Shown: positions 36,663 to 48,890 of the stretch, in pieces
Layout of the letters: the number at the start of each line of letters is the position of its first letter
How positions within the stretch are numbered: position 1 is the stretch's first letter
From: Takakia lepidozioides
Taxonomy: Eukaryota > Plantae > Bryophyta
DNA: 64,000 nucleotides
Reading direction: 5' to 3'
Assembly: GCA_030704615.1 (NCBI GenBank)
Contig: CM060734.1
Location: 28,520,001-28,584,000, forward strand
Position numbers and translations under genes: made by a program
The notes under the pieces: model-generated
What the model was told of the DNA's origin: nothing
The model's input: the letters and a program-made list of their open reading frames with translations, nothing else
The model's database searches: none

Positions 36663-39600
36663 TTATGCAAGCTGCGAACATAGAGCATGGACAACAGGAT
36701 TAATTTGATGCAGTGAATGGATGTCCTTCACAAAATTAAGTCTCCACACAGCAAACAACAAAATCAGGTGATGTGAATATTGAGTAAGGAAGCACTTGCT
36801 ACATGGTGGTTTTGGATCTCCTCCCTGACTCTTCTGAACCTTGATTCTTTGTGCATCCTCCAATGCCAATTGAGCCTCTTTGGCTGATGCTGGTGGAGAT
36901 GAGGCGGATGCGAGCAATGCAAGATTCTTGAAGGGGTATGGTTCCATCCTTAAAGTTTGAAGAGTGTGTATCATTCCCACAGGGTTGGCAGGGGGGGAAG
37001 GGAGTTTGCCTGTTTTATATCCGAACTGAAGGGGGGGGGGGGTTTGCCAACTTGATCCCACCTCTGTAAGCGCTGCTTCCATGGCCGGCTTGCAATCTTC
37101 AACGACCATTATGGAGTTGAGGGGGGTAGGAGTCAGGGGCTCATTAGCTGTCGCGGGCACAGTTTCTTGGGCAAAAGTTGGAGGATCAGGTGGAACAACC
37201 TGTGAACTGTTTAACGCCATCTCCATTTGTGTCATAGCCCCTGGTAAGTCCATATGAGGGAGATCATTGTCGTACCCACTTTGGTTGTTGCAAGGCAGGG
37301 ATGTTGAGTTCGGGCCTTCATCATACCGCAAGACCGCTGTAAATGCATCAGGGGCAGCTGTAGCAGTTCCCAGATTGACTTCTTCACGCACCACATGCAC
37401 TTCCGCAGATGGCTCAGTTTGGGGATGCAGGTGTTCAAGCACAGTGACTGGAGTGGGGTTTGAATTGTCACAAGTCAGTAGGTGCTCTTCAACCAACACC
37501 ATAACTCGTGCATCAAGAGAAGCATGGTCTTCTGTCCCATGTGGATGACCCTGGACAGTGCGCTCCACTTGTTGCCACATATAGACATTCCCATCTTCAT
37601 GTGCAGGTTGTACTACGCCAAATGACAGTTTGTCCACTTCGCACACATTGGTCCACAATGCCGCAAGTTGTTCCGGGCCAGGGCTGTGGCTTCATGTATG
37701 GCAGCATTCATGAATGTATATTGATCACCTGCTCGACATTGCAATGGTGTGAATGAAAAATGGACTGACATAAAGACTACGAGAAAGTGCAGAATGAGTT
37801 GGGAAAGATGAACGGAGCGTACCAGGGGAAATGCGCATCCAACCAATCCAAAAATCCTCCCGCTGCCTGAGACAGGTCTGAAATTGATCGAGGGCCGCTT
37901 CTCTAGTATCACAACTGGTGGCCCTACACCACAACGTCTGAAAGTGCTGGGGAAGTGCAATTGCCATGTCCCCGATTGTTCTAATTCTGATGATAGACAG
38001 ATTTGCGTGTATTTTGTCCAATACACACTTCCGTTGGGCTTTGCTGTTTCCAGTGAGAGCATCAACGACTTTGTCCAACTTGAACTTGGCATTAATGGGG
38101 TCGAGCATATTGCCAAACATGAGAGACCCTACACTGAGCAGCGTAGCAGCAGATGTTTGGACAAGCCAGTGGCCAGGTTCAAACTGAGATAGTGATTGAA
38201 GCATGTGTGGTAGAGGACTATGGAAAATGGTGGAAATAGGCAAGTTCGGTCCACCTGGGTCATCCACATGATGCGGATCAATCTGAGGATCATAGGGGAT
38301 GTGGCTGGCGAGTTCGTGTTTGCTCCTTGCCCAACCAGCGCAAGGGCGTCGATGATATGTTTGCATTCTTCCTGTGAATGATTCCAGCAGTCCAGGCGTT
38401 CAGTGCTCAACACAACCCATATCGGAGACCAACCCCATTTATTATTTTCTTTCTCACGGAACCTCCGTTGATCCCATTCCTCCAATTTTCTTTTCATAAA
38501 CGTCTTCTTCAATCCCAACAATTATGTCTATGCAGCAGAGAACTTCTGGTTGTAGACTTGCATGTGTTGGCGAAATGCATGGTATCTGAGCAAATTTGAA
38601 ACTTCACCATGATGCGCAGAGGTGTTCATCTGTTTCCCAGCCAATGCGTCTGTGGTCTTCTTCACTATTGTTTTTTCGTCTTCAGGTGCATCTGCCTGCA
38701 ACCATTGAATTTGCATGCTGAAGCCCTAAAATACTCATGAAATACACGACAAGTAGCAAAAAAAATGTGAAATATGATATACACGATGAGGGAAAGGTAG
38801 GGTGGGTTAGGTACCTGACGCTCCATATACCAACGACCATATGCTGATGCAAAGAACTCCCTAAATTTGTTGTTTCCAGTTGTGAGGAGCGCGACAAAAC
38901 ATTATGTGAATGTGGGGTCCTCCAACATAGGAAAACCATCGGGGAACAAATTGAAATCTCTTAAGAACCAGAATCCACATGGTGCCACAGTCTTCGGCCG
39001 TGGAGGGACATGGAGACTCAATTGCAGATGCGATGCCTGTTCTTTGAAGAGCGCAATGGCTTCTGTTCTATTCTGAGGGTCTGGAGGAGTGTGTGCAGGC
39101 CGGCTGGTCGCAAGGGGAATAGGTACTTTGTCTACCACGCCACGAGGGTTGGAAGGTGCGGGCTCCTGGGAGGCGGGCTTCTTCACTTTCTTTCTGACGG
39201 CCAACGGCGCCAATCGCCTGCGTTTAGTGGGTGTTCCTTCTTTCTCATGCATGTCGTCCTCCTTCGGGCCCTCCTTGGTGACATTGCCTGTGGCCATGGC
39301 GTGACTATATTTCCGGTTAGGCATGAAGCCTTTGTCAATGAGAACCTATTCCATTACAGCTCGCTGGCCAACTTAAAAAACAGGATACATCTTCAGTTTC
39401 CTGTTTACTTCAGGACAATCATTAATCCTGTGAACATTCAATTTTTTCTTATCTTTGTAGATAATGTGGCAGTAGATACATTTGAATGGTTTTCTGTGCT
39501 GATCACCAGGTTCTTCAATGCGGGCCTTGGAGTGCGCCTCGCAAATGAGGTTGGCCCACTCGTCACTATCATAATCCTCATGGTATTGGCGCCTATTCTC

Positions 39601-39966
39601 TGTCATTGTGCTTCGTTTCACCATAGTGAGGTCTGCAAAATGCAAAGCAAACGGATCACGGTCATTACACACACCTGTTACAGCCAATACGTCCTCGCAA
39701 AGCCAAATACATAGAGTTTGAATGCCATGAACCCTAGGTAATTGTCTGCTTGATGCTCCTGCTACTGGCCGTCTGCTGATCGTTGCTCGTATGATCAAAA
39801 CACAAACATGTGAATCTGTCACAAGTGTGTTCTCAGATTTTTTGGCACATTCTCTCCATCGACGAGGTTCGAAGTGGCGCCACCCACGATCATTCTCCTC
39901 CACAAGAGCATGCAAGACAATGCCATTACACGGATGAAAGAGATCATGGAGAGTAGTGGTGGCCAT
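36663..39966 (-). pseudogene. Decayed upstream exons of the Ulp1-linked gene, including a C2HC zinc-finger-like motif
   Basis: FKCIYCHIIYKDKKKLNVHRINDC; several same-strand long ORFs separated by single stops or frameshifts. Confidence 0.5.
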
Positions 39967-41199
39967 TGTGACGCTGCGAGGGCACGACGGAAGTGGAGGA
40001 CGCCAAGCTATTGGACAGAGACCGCTTCAAACATTTCGCACGTGAGTGCCATCCTTGCAATTAAAAAATGAATCTAGTCATATCTCATACTTATGTCATG
40101 TGCATGTATGCATGTTGGGCATGGGTGGGCACGAGGCATGTGGCGTCATGCATGTGGACGGCATGGGGGATCACATGCATGACGGTGTGGCGATCATGTA
40201 ATTCGGGTATTCATGTATTGAACCGCGGTCGGCGAAGCGACCACGGAGGGTGGGTCGCCCAGGGAGGCCCGGGTGGGCCGTTGTTGGGGCCCGCTGACAG
40301 GGCTGTCAGGGCATTCAACTCCCCGGGCACTTCTATTACTTGGCGAAACTGGGCAATTTACTGCAGCTGGGTACCCAAAATTGTTAAAAACTCCAAAAAG
40401 GGCTTGGGAAATTAAGGGTTAAGGGTTATTTGATTTTTCCTATGAGCCAAACAGAATTTTTCTAAACCTGCGATAGGGTCGCATCTGCATTAGGTTTTCC
40501 TTGTTTTGTTGTTTACTTCAGTTGATAATTGGCCAAACCCTCAGATATACCAATGATGCATGGATATTTGATTTTTATGATATCAGTCGGTTATGGATGT
40601 CTAACTTTAACTTTGTGTTGAGATCCTTCGGTTCCGAGGTTTTGGAACTTTCTCATTTCTAATATCCTACCAGTTGGCAACAGATATAAATTTTAAGCCT
40701 ATACCATTATGAACAAATGGAGTTTATGTTTGGAATGCCTCGGATGGTTTGGTATCCGGTTATCCAAGTTTATGTGAAGGAAATAATCTTTTTTAATTTA
40801 ATTTAATTTAACAGAACAGGGGACAGTGGCCTTGAAAATTTTATTAAAGAAAGGGAGGAAAAAATAACCTCCAAAAACTATTCAGATTCAAAAATGTAAT
40901 ATATTATGTATGTATACATCTGTTTTAGAAATACTCTTAAAATGAAATGAAGAGAAGGCCGACTGAGTGCGCGCCTGAACCCAATAACCAGTTATCCAGA
41001 TTGTAACCTCCGATTCTAAATGCCAGATAAAATGGTTCATAACCTGCCTCTTTGGACTACTAGCTTCGGATCAAATCAAACACTAAGAAAAACAAAAGAA
41101 CTGGTTCTCAACGGATGGCAATAATCTAAGCTCTTCACATCTCGTGGTTCCTAATAGGGGCAGATGATTACAGTTTTTTCACCGTCGGCTGATCCACAT

Positions 41200-41200
41200 A

Positions 41201-41237
<37 letters not shown>
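41200..41237. repeat. (TG)n(TA)n microsatellite; a second (TA)n lies at 41958-41982
   Basis: Directly visible. Confidence 0.9.
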
Positions 41238-41392
41238 CTCGCAAAAGAGGGGATGGTGGCCCTCAAAACCTTATTAAAATGGCAAGGAAAAAATAACCTT
41301 ACAAAGGCCATGGAGGCTGATAAACAAGACACTGCTCCAAGAAGAATAATCATATATGGATAGCTTCTCATTCAAAGACAATTCAAAGATAA

Positions 41393-41933
41393 TAGCGTCT
41401 TCAATGCCCGCGCATGTGGCTGGAGCGGGGCCCGCGTGTGGCAGAGGGGGTCGTGGAGGGTGGGCGCGCCCCTACCCGGACCAGCCAGTCTGCTGGGTCT
41501 GGGGCCACCAAACACTTAAAATATGCACATAAAACATTAGTTATTTCATTGGTTTGTGTTTTCCGTGATGAAGCTCGCTGCCTTGAACCAACTTCTGTAC
41601 GAGATCATAGCACCTACGTGGTGGGTAGTGTGGTGGTTAAGAGCAACGAATAATTAGCATGAGGTTTGGTGTTCAAATCATGTCAGGTTGTATTGTGGCA
41701 GTAATGTGTGTTATTAAATATATATTTTGTCGAAGGGTATGCCAGTCCGCTCGAAGGTTGGAGTTAGTCTATTGGAGGGTCTGCCCAGTCCGCTAGAAAG
41801 TCCGCCGTGGTAGATGAACAAGGATTTAGAAAAATTTCAGAATTTGGCCGACCCGGTGAATGGGCGGTGGGCTTATGAGCTCACCCCATGGGCCGTACTA
41901 CTGGCGGGGCCCATAGGTGCATTGAAGACGCTA
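41393..41933. mobile_element. Tourist/Harbinger-like MITE
   Basis: TIR tagcgtcttcaatgc ... gcattgaagacgcta, flanked by TAA and TTA. Confidence 0.65.
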
Positions 41934-42599
41934 TTATTAAAAATTGAGAGGCATATGTATATATATATATATATATATATATGACAAAAAAGAATGACAC
42001 AAGACGAGGGTGGGATTTGACGTGGGTTGCTTCTGGCGAGCTCTCATGTGACTAGTGACCAAACTGGTAATAAAGCTCATAGCACACACGCACGCATTCA
42101 ACTCCTATCCTATGTCTTGTGCAAAATCAACAAACAATCACCAAAACTTGGAACAATTGCACTCAGGATTCTTGCTTTGATAAAATATTTACATCTAAAT
42201 CTAAATCTGGAAAATGGGTGCTACAACTTCCCACAAATAATCTTCTCCCCCCTTCCCTAGGCGGTGTCCCTAGAGCCTTGTGCTCGGTGCCTCATGGCGA
42301 GGTTACTGTGAAGGAGTTTTTTTTTTTAAAATAAATTTTAGAGAACAAGGGGATAGCCCTGAAAACTTTATTAATAAAGGGGGGTAGGGAAAAAATAACC
42401 TGAATTTGCCATTAAGGCTGAGTAATGAGGTTCCACTCCGAGCCTAAGAACACGAAGGAGAAAAGCTCAGAAGAAGACTAAGAATGTTGCATCTAAACAC
42501 CAAGCTTATACAACCATAAGCTATAGCAAATGCAATACTACATAGGAGAAGAAGGAAGGTTTATTTCTCCTTTCACTATAATTAAGGGGGGTCCCGTAC

Positions 42600-45500
42600 G
42601 TGCTCGTGCGAGCTCCATGCTCCCATCTTCCTCCCCCCTTCCTCCCTGTCCTCCATGAGTGCTTGATTACAAGCTCCATGTAATGATTTAGCCTTGCCTC
42701 AATGAGCGCCGTTTTTTTTCCCCCCTCTTTTAGGAATCTCCACCTCTTGGATGAGCCCCGTCACTCCTTCTATCCCCGTGGCTCTCTCTCCTACTGCCTG
42801 TCGCGATCATCCCCTTAGTTCGCTGCATCTCTGCATGACAGCCCTGGTTTTTGGATGATGGCCGCCTTGTTCTTCATTGATGGATTGAATTAATCTCCAC
42901 TTTGGCCTGCGCTGCTTAGTTTGGGTTGTTGTGCGCCGCGCCTTCCCTCGTCTCGAGGTATTGCCACAGGCAGAGCCTTTTTCGGCATCTTGAGTAATTG
43001 CTTGCATGCAGAAGGCGGCTCGTTGTCCCCTCTCTCTTGAGGACACTCTTCTATTCCCTCTGCATTGCAGGTCCTGCTTTCTCCCCTGCTTGAGCTTTCG
43101 ATTTTGTGTTGGGCTCTCTCTGCTTTGCCTGCTTACCATGTCGACGAGAAGAAACGCACAGCATAGGAAGCATGGGAATTCGGGGTTGAGGGGCAGGGGC
43201 TCAATGGTTGCTAAGGGTAAAGGAGTTCAGTCAGTTGGTTCGCTCCTGGGAAAAGGTCCGGAGCCCACAACAGGCCCGGCCAGTTTGGAAATTGTACCTT
43301 TGGACCGAGTCGGGTTTTTCAGGAGAGGAGGATCAGCAAGTCCTCAAGCTTAACATGGATTTTGTCAAGTCTCAGTCTAGGAAGATGTCGCAGCATGGAA
43401 TTCTCGCACACTTCCCGGGCAGAGTGCATGAGAGACAGCGGGTTCGCAAGTGGATCATTGAGCATTTGGGGGCGGATGGAGGCCTTACTCACCACTTTTG
43501 TCATTCAATGGGTAGAGGGTTTTATACTGTGCTTTTTAGCTCTAAGGAAGATGAAGATCACAAAGCCCTAGCGACGAAGCTACCTTTATCTCGTTTCAAG
43601 GTCAACCTGTTCCCTTGCCAGATAGGGGCCATAAGAATGGAGTGACCTTCAAACCCAGGGTCATCGGTTTTCCTTTTTCTGCCAGACAACTATCTCGCCT
43701 CTCTTCCAGAGATAGGCGCGCACTTTGGCTCCTACATTGGTTCTTTGAATGTCTCGATCCCTGGAGATGGAGTTCCTCTCAGTGTGGTAAAAGACAATGT
43801 AGTTCTTGAGTCCACTAGAGATGGTGGGGTGCCTAAGGTGGTTGTAATGATGCCAGAAGGAGCAAAAGTGGGTAAGAGTATCAAGCTTCCTACTCTGGAG
43901 GGGTCTTAACATATCAGTTTTGATCAAGGAAGAAGTACTAAGTGTGATCTGTTTTGCATGTAATGGAGAAGGCCATGTCAAGACCGACTGCCCGCATGCC
44001 GGGAAAGGCAAAGCTCTATGCAGGTCTGAGGATCTGGTGCTTTGGGTGACTAAGGAGATCTTCGCTACCAAATGCCACCGGTTCAGATTAAACCAGGAGG
44101 CAGTGGCACACGTCAGAGCATTTGTAGAAAACTCTCTGGATCATGACTTCTCCACTATTCGTGTTTTGCTTGTGCTTGCTGTAGATGAGGTGTTGTGATT
44201 GCATGCTGAAGTAGCACATAGCTCCTGGATCTACAAGCGCACCCTTAAGGCCCCCCCACCCCTTGGATGTTGGGGTTATTAAAAGTATGGCTCTCCTTAA
44301 AGCTGGTTTCACGATTGTGGATGCCATCCTGGGGGTGAACTCTCCCACTGCTCCTGCAAAATCTCCTATAGCGGGTGGCGAAGGGCTGGATTCCATGGCT
44401 AATGTTGCAGAGTCCTCATTGATTGTCAGTCCTTATGGGCGGTCTCCCTCCGCCAGATCGGCTGAGCCCCATGTGTCTGTGGTAAGCTCGTCTTACTCCG
44501 CCACGCGCCTATTCATCTGCTGTGAGGACCCCCTTTCCTGCAAACGTTGTCTTGTTCTAGTCAGGGATCATGTTTTTTTTAAGGTTCTCCCAGTCTGGTT
44601 TCTCGATAGCCTAGCCCCGGGGGATGTAGGGCGACAGCTCCATGAGGTTGCTTCTTTCCTGGGTTTCTTGGGGTTTCTATTATCACACCCTGCTTAAGAA
44701 GAAGCGATGGGTGGTGCCACTGGGACTTGGGGCCAAATGTCGGGGCTCCATCCTTGTGGTGGTCTTCCGTCTCACCCACTTCCTATCTCCCCCGCCGGGG
44801 TTCAAATGGCTCTCTGCCCTAACCCCGACGGATAATCGTACCCTTTTTCATTTCTCTCCTTGTGGGCCATCATTTCGAGAGCTGCTCTCGGGCCTTACCC
44901 TCCCATTTTCATGAATTTCTCCCTCAGATCTTGGAACATAAGGGGTATTGGCTCTGAAGCGTCCGCTCCAAAGCGTACCAGGATTAGGAATTGGGCTGCC
45001 CCTTTCATTTCGTCTACCTTAGTTATATTTTTGCAAGAGCACAAATTAGATGACTTGAAGATAGCTAGTCTTGGTAGTACAATCTGGCCTCAGCAGGCGG
45101 CTTGGTGGAATTGCTTTGTCGCAGATGCTAGAGGGGGTACTGCAATTCTATTATCTCCATCTCTTCTTGCCTCTTTTGGGTCCCATGAGGTGTGGGTGCG
45201 TGGTAGGGCGCAATTTGGTATTTTTACTTCCCCTGGGGATCATGCCAAGATTGGCCTTATCAATGTGTATGCCCCAAACCATGCTCAGGAAAGAATTGAA
45301 TTTTGGGATATTCTTAGTCTCAATATCGCGGGTCATAACGAGGTGGATCATTGGATTCTCGCGGGTGATTGCAATATGATGGATAGGGTTGGAAATAGAT
45401 TGGATCCTAACACCAGACTCTCTTTAGAAGAATCGGTGACGCGGGACTGTCTCGTTGATGCTTCTATTCCCTGGATGGCTCATTGAAGTTCACTTGGTCT

Positions 45501-47225
45501 AATAATAGGATGCCTCCTGCTCTCTGTATGGCTAGATTAGACAGGATATGTTGCTCTCATGCTATTCTGCCTTGGATCTCGACTGTCCTTTTGGGCCCTA
45601 CTCTGCCAGGTTTTGATCATGCGGAGGTCAGTTTAACCATCAGATCTCTGGGCTAGTGCCCTAAGGGTAGGGGTTATTTTAAGCTCAATCCGGATTTCCT
45701 TAAGTGTCCTAACGTGCTGGAGTCCCTTTCTCTAGTCTGGATTTCATTGGGGAACCAGTTCTCTTCTCCTACTTTGAGATACCTAGCTAAGCTTCATGCT
45801 ACTCGAAAAGCCTGGCAAGAGCTCTTGCGCGCATATGCTTTGAAAAGAACTCAAATGGAGAAGGGTAAAAGTTGCAGGATAAGGTGGACCAAAAACGACA
45901 GATGTTGTCTTCCATGGAAGTCCATGACCAAATTTAAATTGACGATATTTCCCCAAATAATTTCAAAGGATGAAAGACAATGGTATATTTAATATATTTA
46001 ATAAATCTTATCCCAAACATCAAAGATAATTTTTACTATAAATTTTAGTTTTTAATTTGAATAAAATTTGATATATCAAAAACTAGAATTTACATCGATT
46101 TGTCTATATACAACTAAAGCCATTATAAATTATATTTTTGTATCATTTGTAGTAAAATATGAGACCTCAAAAGCTCAAAACACAAGATATACTAAACTAG
46201 AACAAATCCACCTATATATAACACTCATATTAATCCATAGGTAATAAATGACAGCTGATATTGTCATTTTAAATTGAAATCTAGAGTGTGCTCTATATTG
46301 ACCCCTTATCTCAAAAGTTCAAAGTAATACACCAAAGGCACAATGGCTTATTTTGAGTCCACGTATCTCCATTTTCAGCGGTGACAGTCCACAGTTGATG
46401 TGTTAAAAAGTCCATACCTGAGTCTTGGACATTTTATTTGATTGACAATTTGACGGTTGATACAGATAGATATTGAAGTTATGAATCCAGCATGGAAAAT
46501 GTTTCTCAACATTATTGATTATATTCAAAACAATTCATGATATTATGCACGACAGTCACTGAAAACTGTGCCGGTGACGTTAATTTTGGTCCACCTTTAC
46601 CTTGCATCTACCCAGAACTCAGAACTGCCTGCTGAAGTGCCTGAGAGCAGTTGATAAATGAGAAAAAAAAAGGGGCCTCAGACGTTGCTGTCTTATAATC
46701 GGGCTAAGTCTAACCTGCAGACAATCATGAAATACAAGGAGAATGCCATGAGGCGAAAGGTTGGGGTTAATTGGTCTTTGAAGGGGAAAAAATGAATAAA
46801 TACTTTTTCATTAAAGCTAAGCAGAGATCTATGGCTAACTCCATTGCTTCCCTTATGGGTCCACAAGGGACCATTCTAGATGGATGCCCATGAAAATTGG
46901 TTCCCCTCTGATTCTCCTGCTGAATTGGGCTAAGGCCATCTTTGGAACCCATGTCATGTGTGGTCCTATCTCCGCGCTCACACTTTGTGGTCTTTATGGA
47001 AGTCCAGGTGCTCGTTTGTGTATGAGGGGCGTTGTTCCAGCATCAAATCTCTCTTGCATAAGATTTTTGCAGATCTGATGAATGAGGGGTTTAAGGCATG
47101 GGGGGCTTTGCTTGCAGCATGTGACAGGTGCGGCGAAAAGAGGCGGCATCAGCTTATCTATGCTTTTGACCAGTCCTTGGGCAAGGATCACATCCTCTGC
47201 ACCCGCACATCTGCTCAATTGGAAT
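42600..47225 (+). mobile_element. Decayed L1-clade LINE lacking the RT domain
   Basis: ORF1 relic (MGRGFYTVLF, CFACNGEGHVKTDC); APE endonuclease 44911-45630 (SWNIRG, FLQEHK, GGTAIL, NVYAPN, GDCN, RLDR, DH); linker W..KGEKMNKYFF; C-terminal LWSLWKSRCSFVY; boundaries approximate. Confidence 0.85.
45863..46613. mobile_element. Non-autonomous TIR element (751 bp) inserted in the L1
   Basis: Imperfect ~30-bp TIRs gggta...aaggtggaccaaaa / ttttggtccacctt...taccc; 4-bp TSD AGAA (45859-45862, 46614-46617); AT-rich interior. Confidence 0.8.
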
Positions 47226-47226
47226 G

Positions 47227-47705
47227 AACAGGATGCCGCGACTTATGTGTTGCCATCAAACATCTATGCCGCAGCTGGCAGGTGACAAGACACTGCAAAG
47301 GTGAGAAAAATTGATGAAGGTCAGAGGAGTTAGAAAGGAGCTAGCATGCTGCTACATTGAAGTCGGCAACAGGGTGCACACCTTCATTGTAGATGACAAG
47401 TTGCATCCAAAACTCGAGGAAATCCATGCGGAGTTGAGAAGATTGTCTTGGCAGGGTATGTGCGTGACATGCACTTTGTATTGCCTGATGTGGAGGAGCA
47501 GAAGGAGTTTTCTCTTTGCCACCACAATGAGAAGCGGGCCATTGTTTTTGGGCTGATTGGCACCCTGTCATCGAGAATCTGCAGGTGTGTAGTTTTACCA
47601 CACCCCACAAGTTCATCTCAAGGATTGTTGACCAAGCAAAAGTTGTTCGGGACTACCACTTTTCACTCTGAAGATGGGGTTTGTTCTTGTGGGGATTACT
47701 GGTGA
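47227..47705 (+). pseudogene. PPR E/E+/DYW deaminase C-terminal region, degraded
   Basis: AATYVLPSNIYAAAGR*, RGVRKELACCYIEV, HPKLEEI, GYV.D, HNEK, CSCGDYW*; frameshifts; CxxC reads CSFY. Confidence 0.92.
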
Positions 47706-48890
47706 AAAGTTTTTCTGGAAAGGTGTTAGTGTTTTCACTCATCAATAGGTGTAGCTACAGACAACGCAATGTTCAACAAATCCAGATAAATGGTGCCCAA
47801 CCTGTTAGAGAACAGAGTATGACGATGTTATGAAGTGATAACAGGTTAGCTCCTTAGTTGATGTAGCAACTACCTAAACTTTGCATTGAGATGGTCTGAA
47901 CAGCACATTGTGAGATCTCAAGAGGGTATCGCAACCTGGTTACTGGAAGCTGAAATTTCAATGCAAGAATCTTGCATGGTATCAACCTGATTGATTCACT
48001 CTCGGGAGATTTCTAAAGTTCAAGACACTCTAATATTCCAACATTTTCTTCAAAAACAATTCAAAGCATTAGTGTTCCTGGATGCTTGAGTGTGTTTATT
48101 TCTAAAGAAACATTGTGGGTGGTTGCCAATGTCATTAGGCTAGTGGGTTCAACCCAACATTGTTTTTTTAAACTAACTCCACTCTCATTGTCATCCCTCT
48201 CCTAATCTGGAAAAGCTCCAGCAAGGAAACCAGGGTCCACTAGTAGAGAGGAAAGGTGTGAAAATCATCATGAAGATTGTGCAAACAAGGGCTATACTTT
48301 ATTTCACAGGAATCCCCCAGGCCAAGGGGGAAGAAAAATTTGGATTAAGAACTCTACCTCCCTAATGGATAGTTGTAGTTTGTGTGTACATTGACGAGGG
48401 GTTGTGCAGTGTTGGTGCTTAGACATTGCATCCATCCCCAATTTCGAATACTTATACAGAGCTGTTATACAACCTCTTCGGAGGTCTAGTCTGTTGTCAG
48501 GGCCCACGCCTGCGCAAACAAGCCACAAATCACTCCTCAGCAATTTATGTATGAATCTATGCACTCAAACAACACATTCTGTTATCTTTCTCCATCAGCC
48601 CTGAGAAATGTGCAGGAATCACTCTCCGCGTTCGAAACCACGCTCAATCCACCATAGTCAATGCCGTTAGTTGTGAGTGGGCTTGATACCCTCAGTGGGT
48701 TAAAACTGTAACCACCTCAAAAAGCCTAGCATACCAAGGGAACTATGTCCCCAAGGGCACATAATACCCAACAATCACAAGGATAGGTAATACCAACATT
48801 CATAGCAACAGTGATTGAGTACATCTTCTCATTCTCAGCATCACCATGATAATCTATCTCATTTGCGATAGAAATGAACAGAGAGCATAC

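Larger units (their letters stand above)
24240..40427 (-). mobile_element. Ulp1-carrying putative DNA element (no transposase seen), interrupted by the Gypsy element
   Basis: Decayed multi-exon minus-strand gene 39966 to ~24300; catg-rich subterminal region 40097-40200; ends in aagggttaagggtt; left boundary uncertain. Confidence 0.45.

Noticed and set aside
41620-41690. tRNA-like A/B boxes inside the Tourist-like MITE
   Set aside because: Stems do not pair convincingly; too degenerate to call.
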